The position numbers and the translations under genes are program-made. The notes below the pieces were generated by a model. It was not told the origin of the DNA and ran no database searches. It saw only the letters and a program-made list of their open reading frames with translations. Source: Podarcis tiliguerta (Eukaryota). From it: DNA of 64,000 nt. This document shows, one piece after another, positions 1 to 11,890 of the stretch (the first letter of the stretch is position 1; every line of letters starts with the position of its first letter). The stretch lies in NCBI GenBank assembly GCA_965153285.1, contig OZ229114.1; one strand, written 5' to 3'.

Positions 1-175
1 CTTCTCTGAAGTCTCTCAGCCTCACTCACCTCACGGAGTGTTTGTTGTGGGGGAGGAAGGCAAAGGAGAATGTTAGCCGCTTTGAGACTCCTAAGGGTAG
101 TGATAAAGCAGGCTATCAAATCCAAACTCTTCTTCTTCTTCTTCTTCTTCTTCTTCTTCTTCTTCTTCTTCTTCC
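1..175 (+). mobile_element. 3' part of a squamate SINE (Squam2/AnolisSINE2-like) with (CTT)n tail
   Basis: ctctcagcctcactcacctcac...gttagccgctttgagactcc...aaatccaaac followed by a (CTT)n tail at ~128-175. Confidence 0.65.
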
Positions 176-1939
176 TTGCTTTCAACCCACTCCTTTCCTC
201 TTTGGGGATTTGCTTTCTGACATCGAGAGGATGTCCCAGCTCTGCAATCCGTCATGCCCTAGGCCTTTCTTCTTTCCTGGCACTCCCCAAGGGACCAGCT
301 TGCACTCTGCACTGCTGCTCCCTATCCCCAAACAGACACGCCCCTGCTCCTCCCAGCAACACTAAATCCTGAAATTGGGTGAAGAGCAGTGGACTGTGAG
401 TACAGCATTCTGCCAGATCTAGCCATCCAATCGCTCTAACTGCGTAATAAAGATACAGACTGCATGCTGCAGTAAACAGCATCTCATAAAACAAACATGA
501 ATCATCTCTCAGATTCCCATCATTACACACCACTTCTTGGAATTAAGGCTGTTCTGGAAAAGCCAAATACAGTCTGTTGTGGGGCTCTTCATCCTCATTT
601 CCTACCTACAGGCCCCAGTGCCAAGATCTTAATACCATCCCCCCCCCCCCCCCCAGTTTTGGTTCCGCTTGCATTAACAGTGTGTTGTTTTGGGCAGTCA
701 TCCATACCTAGGCTGCTTGGCTATTAAAATGTCTGCTCGGTGCTGCAAATGCGCATTTATTTTCCAATCTGATCAGCCAGTGATGGGTAATTTAGAAGGC
801 CAAGTACATGGCATATTTGGGAGCACCAAAGGGCTGGCTAGTTTTATTGGATACAGGCCTGCCTTCCAGCATTTAAGAATTCATTGGGTCAAATTAGAAT
901 TATGCTTTCGTAAGTTGGCACACATGGTACGTTAAACAGCAGTAGCCTCAAACACTGTGCACAGCAGAGAAACAAAATCACTAGCATATCCATTAGGGTA
1001 GCCAGGCAAAAAAGGAAACAGGAGTCCTACGGTTTTTACAGGTGCATGGGAAAGGGAATGATTACAAATTATGCCTCCTGAAACAACTATTAAACCTTCA
1101 GGAGCCCTGCCCTCTTGTTCACCTGTCTATACTACTTAGCGATATTTTAAATACGGTATATTAAGCGGTATAGAAATTAAATAATCCATGATCTATATCT
1201 TCCCCAGGTGCAGCTGGAAATGAGGGAAGGTGAAAAAATGTTTTTTCCATTGTGTGCAGAAGTTTAGGGTTGCCATATTTCAAAAAATAAAAACCAGGAC
1301 ACCCCAAAAGTGTAATGTCTGGGGCGTATGGTGGCCCTATGATTGTTCCTTGGCCAAGGGAAGTGAGACCTTTGGTTAACTTGACCTTTCCACATCACAC
1401 TTTTCCAAATCACCTGCCTCCACCCCCACCCCCGTTTTATCCACAGGAGAAAACTAGTACGTACTCCTTGTTCCAAGACCTCCCATGTTTCCGTTGGCCT
1501 GCTCCCTGGCTCTGATGCTTGCTTGTTTCCTGGCTCATCTCAGACAGCTGCCTACAGCTCAGCCCCTTGACTCTCACAAATGAAATGATGAATGTGTTAC
1601 CCCCCCACTCCTATGCTATGGTTATGATTGAACTGACAGCCTGCGTGTTTGCAGTAAGAATATGGAAGGAAGTGGGATAGAATCAGCATCACATCTCAAG
1701 CCTGCTTACCATCTCACCTTGAGACTTTGAATATAATGTTTTCAGTGGCATGGGCGAGCGTAGAATCCAAAGTACATAACTGTGATAACATATTCCTTGT
1801 TCCTTTAAAATGACATGCGTGCTAAAGATCATGGCCTGAAGCCAACTCAAACGATAAATGTTGCATTAAAACCAACTGAAGAAGTGAGTAATGTTTCTGA
1901 TCATTTGGAAGGGGAAATGTAGGTACATGTGTATCTTTC

Positions 1940-2081
1940 TATGGGTATAGCCAAGGGGGGGCAGTTGCACTCAAAATAAATAAAAAATAAATAAATAAAA
2001 TAAATAAATTAAAATAAATTAAAAATACATAGCAAACTGAGGTTCTGCCCCCCCCCAACAAAAATCCTGGCTATGCCCATT
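1940..2081. mobile_element. hAT-type MITE
   Basis: Inverted ends ATGGGTATAGCCA / TGGCTATGCCCAT; 8-bp TSD tatctttc / catctttc (7/8). Confidence 0.7.
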
Positions 2082-3020
2082 CATCTTTCCCCCTGTGATT
2101 CTTATAGCAGTTTCTTTGGAGGTGAGAGGTAGATCAGGAAATATCTCATGGAAGAGAGGGTTAAACAATCCCCCCCCCCCCAACACTGCTCTGATTCTGA
2201 TTCTCCAATAATTTATTATAATAGTTTAGAATTTAATTTCATTATCAGCATGCCTGTTGCAATTCTACTAAACTAGTGGTTTAAAGAAATATGATTAATT
2301 CTGCCCCTGTCCCTTTCTGTGGCTGCTCAAACAGATAACCCTAAATCTTTAGTGCTGATTCAGTCAGTTACAGCTATATTATTCTTTTCAAAATATGCCC
2401 AGTACTACTAGTTCCAGGGTAGTGGCACTGTAGCTGGGAAAGAGGCATTTCCTGTAATAAGAAGTAAATGTTATTTCTGAAAATAGTTGTGTCTGATTAA
2501 TATTCAAGGCATAGAGCTGCATTTGGGGTTTCGCAGCTGCATTAAGAGGCTACAAAAGAGCTGTCAAATCCAAGCTGCCTCTGAGTTGTTAATGCAAAAT
2601 GGATACCAAACGAGAGCCTATCAAATCACCTACTACATTCTGCTAGCGAGACTTCCTAGTCTCCACAGCTTGTTGCTAAGATCCGTCTCTATCAATTCAT
2701 GTATGTTTTTGATTGCTTTGAGTCCCGGCAAATTCTACATGACATCTCTCTTTTTTCCTTACGGAGGTTGATAATGGCAGGGCACATTCTTCTGGCTTTG
2801 AGGAGGCATAACATATTTACAAGGCGGTGGGGGTGGGGGCCAGAAACGGATGCTAAGTCCTGTAAAACTGTGGAGGAGGCTTCGTTGACTAAAATATTTC
2901 AGTCAACATAGCTTCCCTAATTTTTTTATTTATTTTAAAATTGCCCTATTGTTTTCTGTGCCAGTATTCACTGGAGCTTTTGAGCCCTCCTTTTAGGAAA
3001 TTTGTGGGGTAAGGTAGGGG

Positions 3021-3159
3021 CAGTGCTTTTTTCTGGGGGGACGCATACCCCTAAACATTTTGTGAATCTAAGTTTGACCTCATTGAGGGGCAGTATTTCA
3101 ATATGAGTAGGAAAACGAGAGTACCCCTGAACATTTTTTTTTTAGAAAAAAAAGCACTG
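3021..3159. mobile_element. hAT-type MITE
   Basis: TIR CAGTGCTTTTTT / AAAAAAGCACTG; 8-bp TSD ggtagggg / ggtggggg (7/8). Confidence 0.8.
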
Positions 3160-5177
3160 GGTGGGGGTATACTGAAATGATATACAAAAGAGGCCAGTGA
3201 ACACGCTGAAGACATTTTGTAGCATTGCCCTCACTTTATAGTGGTCAATGAGTCTTTCCCGCCCACACTTCAAACTTATTTTAAGCTCGCTGAGATGTGG
3301 GTCTCTTTCTACAAACAAATGCTTACATGTCAGCAATGCTTGCTAGAACGCCCATGTGATGATGAAACATCTCGCCACTGTGAGCATGAGCGGTGCTTTT
3401 CTAAAACTTGAGATCAAGTAAAGCTCGGATGTAAAGATGGGTGCAAAGAGTCCTGTACTAAAATGAATGTCTTCATAGAATTAGAGTACTGTAAGAATGG
3501 GAAGGGACCCCATGGCTCAGCTAGTCCACATATATGGTCTGAAGGCGTAAAAGACCTCTCGACCACCCCATACATTTAATAAGGTTAGTGTTCCATGGGG
3601 TCTTGTTCTCAGGTTTGGTGCAGTCCCATCACTCCCTGCATTAATTGTGACAGCATTGCGTGTGGTGACTTCATTATAAATGCTGAAGGGGGCTAAGCCA
3701 GAATCAGAAAAGGTCCTTGAGGAGTCCATTCTTCTGATTTTGTATGTCATGTGGCAAAGGATAGCAACACATGTACTGAAGTGACAGTGTGTAAAAGTGG
3801 GAGGGGCCTGCTACTAATTCAGGAGTCGGAGCAGGCATTCATTCCTCCTTGGCCCATTCCCAGGCAGAACCATGCTAAATTGGTGCTTTCCAGTTAGTAT
3901 TAGGGCAACCAATATATAAAGAGCTTAACAAGGCAATCCTACTCAAAAAATATATCTGCTTCTATGTAAGCATCTATATGGGCTTGCCCCACACTAGTTC
4001 TGAATTAAAAACATTTAATTTGTGATATCCAAAGACGAAAAACAGGGGTGCTGTAACTTTACTGAGGCTGCAGTCTGAACTCCACTTACCTGGGAGTAAG
4101 TCCCGTTGTGTTCAAAAGGATTTTCTTTTGAGTAGTCATGGTTAGGCTTATGATGCTAGTCAAAGAAAGGGATTGCTGGTCAAGGATAAGCATGCTGACA
4201 ACAAACACCTGGAGGCACAGAATGTATGCCTCCACATGCCACATGAACGTACAGTATATAAAAAAATGTTTAAAATGCCTTGTAAGCTGTGTCTTCAGGT
4301 TTTTTGGCACAATGGTCGTGCAAGAATTGTAAAGCACCAATCCTAGCACACAAAATCGTTACAGTATGTGCCTATGCCATGTGAAATAATATTGGAGACC
4401 AGAACAATATTTCTTTATTTGAAGCTAATGAAAGATGGGCATGGATCTGTCAGCGGAGCTTTGTACGACAGGCATGGAGCCCTTCTATTTGCTGTCAGAG
4501 AACTGTAAGGCATTTTCTTCCTTGTGCTCCACATACACATTATTTATGTAGGACATGATCCTTCCCAACCTAGCACTTCTAAGCCCCATTGATTCCACGG
4601 AGGGAGATAAGCATATGCTTCAATCTTTCCCACTAAAATCAATGGAGCTTAAAAGTGCTTGGCCCCAGCCATGCATGTGGAATGAAGGTCAGAAGAGTTA
4701 CACGGCAGAAAAATAGCTTTGCAGCATTTATGTATACTTATAATTAAGACTCAAGTTTTTATTGACTTTTCTTTCAAAGGTTGAGGATACAAAAAATCCT
4801 CTGGTTTCAGTGAATACAGAGATTAGTTTTCTCATTTAAAATGTGCTTCTTTTTTAGTGTGTTGATTATTGGTTTATTAATCTTAAAATATATAACCTGC
4901 TTTTCCACTTGTTCCCTCGAGACGACTTACATATTCATCCCAAGACATACTGAACAGTAAAAAACAAAAACATACCCAGTATATATATATAAATGAAAAG
5001 GTAGTACAAGTTGCGGAAATATCCTGTTTACCAGCACTTTCAAACCATAGGGCCTTCCTCCAAATAATGCAATATGCTGCAGTTTCACGCTTCTTTCATG
5101 CATGAAAGGGAATCAAATGTAGAATGGGGCTCCAGGCTCATGTTTCCGGTTCTCCTCTCAAGGTAGTGAAGCACTGC

Positions 5178-5198
5178 CACACACACACACACACACAC
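5178..5198. repeat. (CA)n microsatellite
   Basis: Directly visible. Confidence 0.9.
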
Positions 5199-5652
5199 TC
5201 CACATGGTGTGGTCAGGTGCTGTGCACACAGACCTCTCTGTGTATACACCTTCCATGCAATATGGAATCCTGCACAACTGCGTCTCTGAAATCCATGGAA
5301 TACATATGTGTGTATTCTTTCCTTTGGAGATGATTGTTGCAAGTGAAGCCAGTGGCACCATGCAACCTCGATGGGCGGTACAGAAATACAGTCAAACTCA
5401 TATTCTAAATGATTTCTTTTTATGAAAGCAGTATATAAAGCAAAAGTGGGAGAAAAGCTGTGAATATATGCAGTAAAGAAAAATAGTTTAGTGTACTCAG
5501 CAAGTAGGCTAGTAATGTAGCCTCTAGTACTGTACAGAGTTTTCCAAACTGTATGTCGTGACATGCCCTGCGGTTCTCCCGGGGCTGGAAAGGGATTATT
5601 TTAACCTCTGGTTTGCTAGTAAAACTGAATAACAGTGTCACAGAATGATGCA

Positions 5653-5910
5653 TGTTATGTACTGAAGTTCTCACCCTGGGCCAGCAGGGGGATACAGTAG
5701 ATAGTTCAGGTCCACATATGCAAATAAGGGATCGAAAGTGATGTTCAGTGATTGGATAGTTACAGAAAATGGTTACTGTTGCATTCTAGTGGAGCTCTAT
5801 ATAAGCAGGCTGGCTGAACCCTTCAGTTCAGTTCTGTTCTGGCCTGTGAATAAACAAGAGCTGTTTGAAGAATCGCTGTGTCGTCAGATATGTTCACCTA
5901 CAACTTATCA
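5653..5910 (+). mobile_element. Solo LTR of a Gypsy retrotransposon
   Basis: TG...CA ends; perfect 5-bp TSD ATGCA (5648-5652 / 5911-5915); internal TATATAA and AATAAA; homologous to the LTRs at 7362 and 8309. Confidence 0.92.
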
Positions 5911-6068
5911 ATGCATGTCTAAAAAGTGTGTCACCAACATGAAAAAATTGAAGGCTCTGCTCTAGTTGTTCTTGGAGCCTCTTAGCAAGGTTGAGGAGTG
6001 AAAAAATAGAGGCTTACTCCACCCCGGTCCCAGTGTTTTAGCACTAGGAATCACTCTGAGAAGGTCAC

Positions 6069-6369
6069 AAGCATACCCTCCAATATTTCTCTGGGACATA
6101 CTATTCCATAATAATTTTAAAATTTATACTCTGGGTGGCTTCCAACACATATAAAAACACAACAAAACACAAAACATTTAAAAACTACAGGACTGCCTTC
6201 AAATAACTTGGGGGGGGGGGCAGATAACTCCATAGCCTCCCACATTTTTCTGATGAAAATAGGGATGTCCTAAGGCAAAGCGGGACATTCCGGGATAAAA
6301 TCAGAAACAAGAACAGCTTCTGTAAATCTGGAACTGTCCCGGGAAAATAGGGAGACTTTGAGGATCTGG
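6069..6369. mobile_element. Degenerate hAT (Blackjack-like) non-autonomous element, interrupted
   Basis: Repeated gggaca/tgtccc subterminal motifs; ends resemble CATACCCTCCAA / TTTGAGGATCTG. Confidence 0.4.
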
Positions 6370-7361
6370 ACAAGTGAAGAAGAATGTGGCTAATTCTGTG
6401 CCAGACCAGTATGTGGATTTAAGAGAGGATTGTGATTTCTAGTTATTGTAGCCAAGAGCACAACATTCTTAAGTCTAAAAGCCTTATGGGAGCAAGTTTG
6501 TGTCACTACCCCACTCTACCCTGCTTATTATTATTTTTTTTTGGGGGGGGGAGGTGCTTTCTCTTAAATATTTTGTTTAAAACATGGCTGTTCTCCTGTA
6601 CTCCCTTCCACCTACAGATGGGATGTTAACACTGCTCTTTTCTAAAAACGCATTAAGATAAATGCAGTTGGGACATGTTTTGTATGACTGTGTAGAATTC
6701 CTCCTACTGCTGCCAGATACTGAGACTTGTTAACAATGTAATGCTAGCATAGATAACGTTTTAAAATTCCTTTGGCATTGCTCTCAACTAAATAAATAGA
6801 AGATTCAGACCCTTGTTTCACATACCTCTTTTTTCCCTGCTCCCCTCTGGCACATATGTATCATAGTCAATGAAAGCAGCTGGCCATACATAATTAAGCA
6901 GTGTTCACTTGAGACATCAGCCTCTTGTTCATTTCAGTCCATCCACTGTGTGTGCCCATTGTACTACATTGCCCTTGAAAAGAGAAGGATGCTAGGGGCT
7001 ATAAAAATATATATGACATAATTGAAGACAACTTTTACAGTGCGTGGTTTAAAATACTTCCAAACCAAACAGATAACCGAAAGCAATTTAGAAATGGAAG
7101 AAGGCCAAACACACCATCTACGATGATCCACCTCTTATTGATGATCCTCTTATTGTTTCCCACCTAAGTGCTTTTTCTAATATTACATGTAATGCATCCC
7201 CAATAGCAGTTTCCATTGCTGCCTCTAATTGTTTCAAACATTATTTGCTCACCCTGAAAAGTGATTGCTTTCTAAATTTCCTGTTACCTACTGCCATCTG
7301 AATCAGATTTTCAGCATACTCTTTCTGTTTTATGTCTTCCTTGTCTGCATGCCTTGGTTTT

Positions 7362-8493
7362 TGTTATGTACTGAAGTTCTCACCCTGGGCCAGCAGGGGG
7401 ATACTGTAGATAGTTATGCAAATGAAGGATCGAAAGTGACGTTCAGTGGTTGGATACAGTAGTTTGTATGCAAATGAAGGATCGAAAGTAACATTCAGTG
7501 ATTGGATAGTTTTAGAAAGTTGCTACAGTTACGTTGTTCTGGAGCTCTATATAAGCAGGCTGACTGAGCTCCTCAGTTCAGTTCTGATCTGGCCTCTGAA
7601 TAAAGAAGAGCTGTTTGAAGAATCGCTGTGTCGTCGGATATGTTCACCCACAAATTAACAGTGGCGACGAAGGTGGAATTGATGGACATCAGAGCACAGC
7701 CAGATGCAGCCACCCTCTGAACTGTGTGAAATCACTGAACAGAACCAATTCAGAGCTGACTGTTCTGGCTAGAGCACTGTGTTCCATCCATCACCCTTCA
7801 TGCCGGCATCGGAATCATGGCTTCACTTGTGCCTCTACCGCCGTTTGCGCCAGCCTCTGAATCATGGGACTCCTACCTCGCTTGGTTCGACTGCTACCTC
7901 CAAGCCAAAGAGCTGACAGAAGTATCAAAGGAGTGGAAGCTGGGCCTATTCCTCAGCCTCTGTGGGCCTGAGGTGTTTGAGACGGCCTGAGCATTGGTTG
8001 CGCCTGAAGCAGTCCAGGCAACACCGTGGGACACAATTCAAGAGAAGCTCTGCAACCACTACTCGCCCAAGCAGTCCAAGATTGCTGCCCGCCATGCATT
8101 CTACCACCGGAACCAGTCAGAGGGGGAGTCAATTAACAACTACACTGCCGCCCTCCGACAGGCTGCAATACACTGTGAGTTCTGAGACTTAGACGATGCC
8201 CTGATGGATCGAATCGTCTGTGGGGTCCAGGACATCCGTCTGCAACGGCGTCTCCTCGCTAAGCCAGACCTCACACTGCAGAAAGCCATTGAGGAGGCTG
8301 TGGTCTCGGAAGGATTGAAAGTGATGTTCAGTGATTGGATAGGTTTAGAAAGTTGCTACAGTTACGTTGTTCTGGAGCTCTATATAAGCAGGCTGACTGA
8401 GCTCCTCCGTTCAGTTCTGATCTGGCCTCTGAATAAAGAAGAGCTGTTTGAAGAATCGCTGTGTCGTCGGATATGTTCACCCACAACTTGACA
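7362..8493 (+). mobile_element. Internally deleted Gypsy (Mag-like) LTR retrotransposon: 5' LTR 7362-7660, PBS, gag remnant, truncated 3' LTR 8309-8493
   Basis: TG...CA ends; 5-bp TSD GTTTT (7357-7361 / 8494-8498); PBS TGGCGACGAAGGTGG from 7662, complementary to a tRNA-Ser(GCU) 3' end; LTRs differ at about 8 of 185 shared nt. Confidence 0.93.
7817..8308 (+). pseudogene. gag: Gypsy gag remnant with two in-frame TGA stops
   Basis: MASLVPLPPFAPASESWDSYLAWFDCY...FYHRNQSEGESINNYTAALRQAAIHCEF*DLDDALMDRIVCG...LQRRLLAKPDLTLQKAIE; stops at 7988-7990 and 8183-8185, likely CGA>TGA. Confidence 0.88.
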
Positions 8494-8962
8494 GTTTTGC
8501 TTCTCTCGGTTTTATATAAGCATGGCCATATAGTTTTCTGTCCCTGTACCCCACTTTCCACGTTGCTGTAAACACACACTTTAGAAATTATTCGCCCATT
8601 TCAGGGCATAAAATCACACAATCGTGATGCAATAACTGAGCGCCACAGGAGTTTCCGCAACTTTCTCAAGGTCCATTCCTTCTCTAGCAAGAATAGAAAA
8701 CAAGCCTAAATATAAGGTTGTTGTTTAAAATGTATTTTAAGATGGAAGATGGAAGAAAAAAAGATTTTAGAAGACGTCATATGTTTGGCACCAAATTAAG
8801 AGAAAGTTAATCATACAACAGTTCCCGTGAAATCAATCGGGCAATTTAGTGATTTTAACTTAAATTAGAATGGATCGGGCCCTGTGTGCAAAGATAGGAG
8901 GCAGAAATTCTACTATTTTTGTTTATCTTACAACTTCTGCAAAATATATCTGTGTAGTGAAC

Positions 8963-9012
8963 TGAAGAAGTGTGCATGCACACGAAAGCTCATACCAAGA
9001 ACAAACTTAGTT
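8963..9012 (+). mobile_element. Short Penelope-like element fragment followed by (CA)n
   Basis: ctgaagaagtgtgcatgcacacgaaagctcatacc resembles reptile Penelope terminal sequence (recall only). Confidence 0.5.
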
Positions 9013-9561
9013 ACACACACACACACACACACATCTTCTGGCAGCACATAATGTTGAAAAAAAATCACATGAAATTCAGCTCTATGGGTTTTGCTATCAG
9101 TTTTCTGTCAATAGGACTATAACGGTGAGTTTACCTTAAGGCAGTATGGAGCCAGAGTCTTGCTCTTGACAAATGAGTATTAAGAGCTCAGAATGTCAGG
9201 TGATGTGCCCAAATGGGAGCCTATTGTTAATATAAGAAAACCAGATGAGAGAACAGGGTAGATAAGATACTCGCCAGATAAGGATGATGCAATCCAGATC
9301 ACTATGTGAAAAGAAACAATAAAAACCTGCAGTTTGGGGTCTAGGGCTGAGAGAAGGAAAAGCATTTGGTTTCCTAGAAGGAAAGCATTTGGTTTCTTGG
9401 GACTAGACTTTTTAAACTTTTTTTTAACTCATTATGAATCATTTCCCATTTTTCCTTGCTTTCCTCCACCACATGACAGAAAGTTCCTTGCATAATTACC
9501 TGACTCTGACTTGTATATTTTTGCTAATTTACTTGGTGTCATATAAGTTTCCTTCAAAGCA

Positions 9562-9681
9562 TGTTGTTGTTGTTTAGTCGTTCAGTCGTGTCCGACTCTT
9601 CGTGACCCCATGGACCAGAGCACGCCAGGCACTCCTGTCTTCCACTGCCACCCGCAGTTTGGTCAGATTCATGTTTGTAGC
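9562..9681 (-). mobile_element. RTE-BovB LINE 3' end, 5'-truncated
   Basis: Reverse complement encodes ...EDRSAWRALVHGVTKSRTRLND* and ends in (CAA)n, typical of BovB. Confidence 0.88.
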
Positions 9682-10839
9682 ATAAACAAAAGCATAGCAA
9701 GCTGTAAATTTCAACCCTGTTTTCCACAGCTTTTCCCACAGGTCCATTTCTATACCCCACATCTCTTGCCTAACAAATTATTGCTGATTTCACCATTTCA
9801 TCCTTTGTTTCCTATTCCAACAATAGTTTATACATCTTAGATATTAAATTATCATTATTTTTTAACAATTCCTTCGTGAAATGTGAATTTTGATCAACAA
9901 AACCGTATTTTTATCAGCTTAAATGTTTCAAACACATATGGGGTGCTGCAAAATGCGGGGTTTTCGCTACAAAATGGTTACAAAACTTTGGCAGCAGTTT
10001 CAAGCAGACTGGACAACGTTGGGTTTGGGGGAACCCCGTCGCCCCTGGGTTTGAGTGTGTATTGCTCCCTTTGTGGAGTGCTACAAAACATGGGGGGGGG
10101 GACCCTACAAATCACTACAAAATGATTACAAAACTTTGGCACGTTTCAAGGGGATCCCTGATTTTGGGGTTTGCAGGTAATAAACGCTCACTTCCTAGGT
10201 GAAACTTGCTTAAGGGGAGGGGCAAAGGCTTGGGGAAAATAGGTTATTATTCCCTTCCTGGTCTAATGTCCTATGAAAAAGCAAAGGGCTTGGGAGGAGG
10301 CAGAGTAATCCCATTCATGGGTGTAGGTAGGCAAAAGTGGGGTGGGTCATTACTTTAGGGCAGCCCTCTATTTAAAGGCGTCTTCTTTCTGAGGAGCTGC
10401 CAAGCTTGGTTTAAAGATAAAGGTGGACTTTGGGTCCCCACCAAGCATTGTTTGGACAGATTGAGAAGGAAGCACAAGGTGCTGCCTTCCTTACTAAGGT
10501 GAAATATATTTCTATTTAAATGATAGCGATTTATCTCTCTAAATTTGTGTCTGAAACTGAAAACTAACAGAAAAATTATAACGGTGTCCTTTTCGGGTGT
10601 GATGTATATAAGGCCACTATAAATTAGACAACTTTATGTTTTGCAGCTAACTGGGGGAATATCTCATCTCTCACAAAGCAAATGGTTATTGGATTGTATA
10701 CCAACTTTTACTCACGAGCGGACCCATTGGAATTAATGGACTAGGTTAGCCATGGCCATTAATTTCAACGCATCTACTCTGTATCCCAGCTAACAGGTTG
10801 GCCGGCCATCATCTGTGTCATGTAGGCACGAGCTAGTTG

Positions 10840-10908
10840 AGATTCCTGCCTTTCAGGGGGTTGGGCTAGATGACCCTGGGGGTCCCTTTCAACTCTTATG
10901 ATTCTGTG
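10840..10908 (+). mobile_element. CR1 LINE 3' terminal fragment
   Basis: ggggttgggctagatgacc...ggtccctttcaactcttatgattctgtg is the CR1 3' stem plus ATTCTRTG tail. Confidence 0.75.
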
Positions 10909-10939
10909 GACTTTTGGATCAAGCCACCGGACGAACGCT

Positions 10940-11830
10940 ACGGCCGCCGGTTTGAATTTGGGCGGGAAAAGCCGTTGTCGCGGGGAAGGGGGGGCGGGGT
11001 TTCCACCTTCAGAACGTCGGGATTGGGCCGAAGCACGAGCGGCGCGCGCACTCCCTGCCCAGTAACTGTGCAGCGCGAGACAAGTGATAGAAGAATGGGC
11101 GGGGGGGGGGAGGAGGAAGGACGCAGGCCTACAAAGCGAAGCGGCGGCAACAACACGCGTGCGCACTGCCTGCCGCATTACGTCAGCGTCAGCTGTCAGC
11201 CGCCGCCGCCGCCTCAGCGGATGGGGCAGGAGGCCGGCTGCGAGTTCCGGGGCGTGTGCATGAAGGGAGGCGGGTTCCTCGGAGGACGCTGGCAGGCTGC
11301 GAGCGAGCGAGTGAGGGAGAGTGACCGAGGCTGCGACCGCTAATCCCCCTCTCCCAACACTGCCGGTACGCTGAGGGACGCCGGGCGAGGCCCACCCGCC
11401 ACCTGCAAGGCGCTGCTCCTCCCTCCCCGCCTCGCCCTTGGGTGAGTGTCAGCCGCGGGTGTGTTGAGATGGAGAGTAAGGAGCCGGCTGAAAGGACCAG
11501 GGGGGGGGGATGAGAAGGAAGGGGCCGGGTCTCTGGTTGTTGCCCCCCTCCCCTTTCCAACATCTTCTCCCGCATTGTAAGGTTGGCGGGGCGGGGGGGG
11601 GGGGCAGCGAGGGGCCTCTCTGCTCGTGGGTTGAGTCAGCGGACAGCTGGTACCTTAGCCCCATCTCTCTCTCTCCCTCTTCCCCCGGGGGCGGGGGCTT
11701 CTGACCTCTCTTCTCTCTCGCCCCCCCCCCTCCATCTGCGAATCTCGTGGTTCTTCGGTGGGCGCGATTGGCTGCACGGCCGTGTGACGGACTGTGCTGG
11801 AGACGAAGATGCTGCATCACCGTCGTGACC
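10940..11830 (+). promoter_or_regulatory. CpG island / CCSER2 promoter
   Basis: Abrupt GC- and CpG-rich segment in AT-rich DNA. GC box GGGGCGGGG 10991-10999, inverted CCAAT ~11022 and ~11767, NRF1-like CGCGTGCGCA 11156-11165, CRE/ATF-like TTACGTCA 11178-11185, E2F-type GGCGGGAAAA 10961-10970. Confidence 0.85.
11190..11441 (+). other. CCSER2: Putative non-coding exon 1 (5' UTR); start uncertain
   Basis: Strong donor TGG|gtgagt at 11441/11442 inside the CpG island. Exon 2 begins with a splice acceptor upstream of the ATG, so an upstream exon is required. Confidence 0.65.
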
Positions 11831-11838
11831 ACTAGCCT

Positions 11839-11880
<42 letters not shown>

Positions 11881-11890
11881 CCCCCCCCCC
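11839..11890. repeat. (CT)n microsatellite plus poly-C at the 3' edge of the CpG island
   Basis: Directly visible. Confidence 0.95.

Noticed and set aside
42-372. ORFs with poly-Leu/poly-Phe runs resembling signal peptides
   Set aside because: They are translations of the (CTT)n SINE tail.
8204-8491. 95-aa ORF sharing its C-terminus with ORFs at 5738 and 7446, like a small gene family
   Set aside because: It is a gag remnant read through the deletion junction into LTR sequence; the shared peptides are translated LTR copies.
10774-11832. Several overlapping 60-157 aa ORFs on both strands
   Set aside because: Expected in a stop-poor CpG island; low complexity and no recognisable homology.
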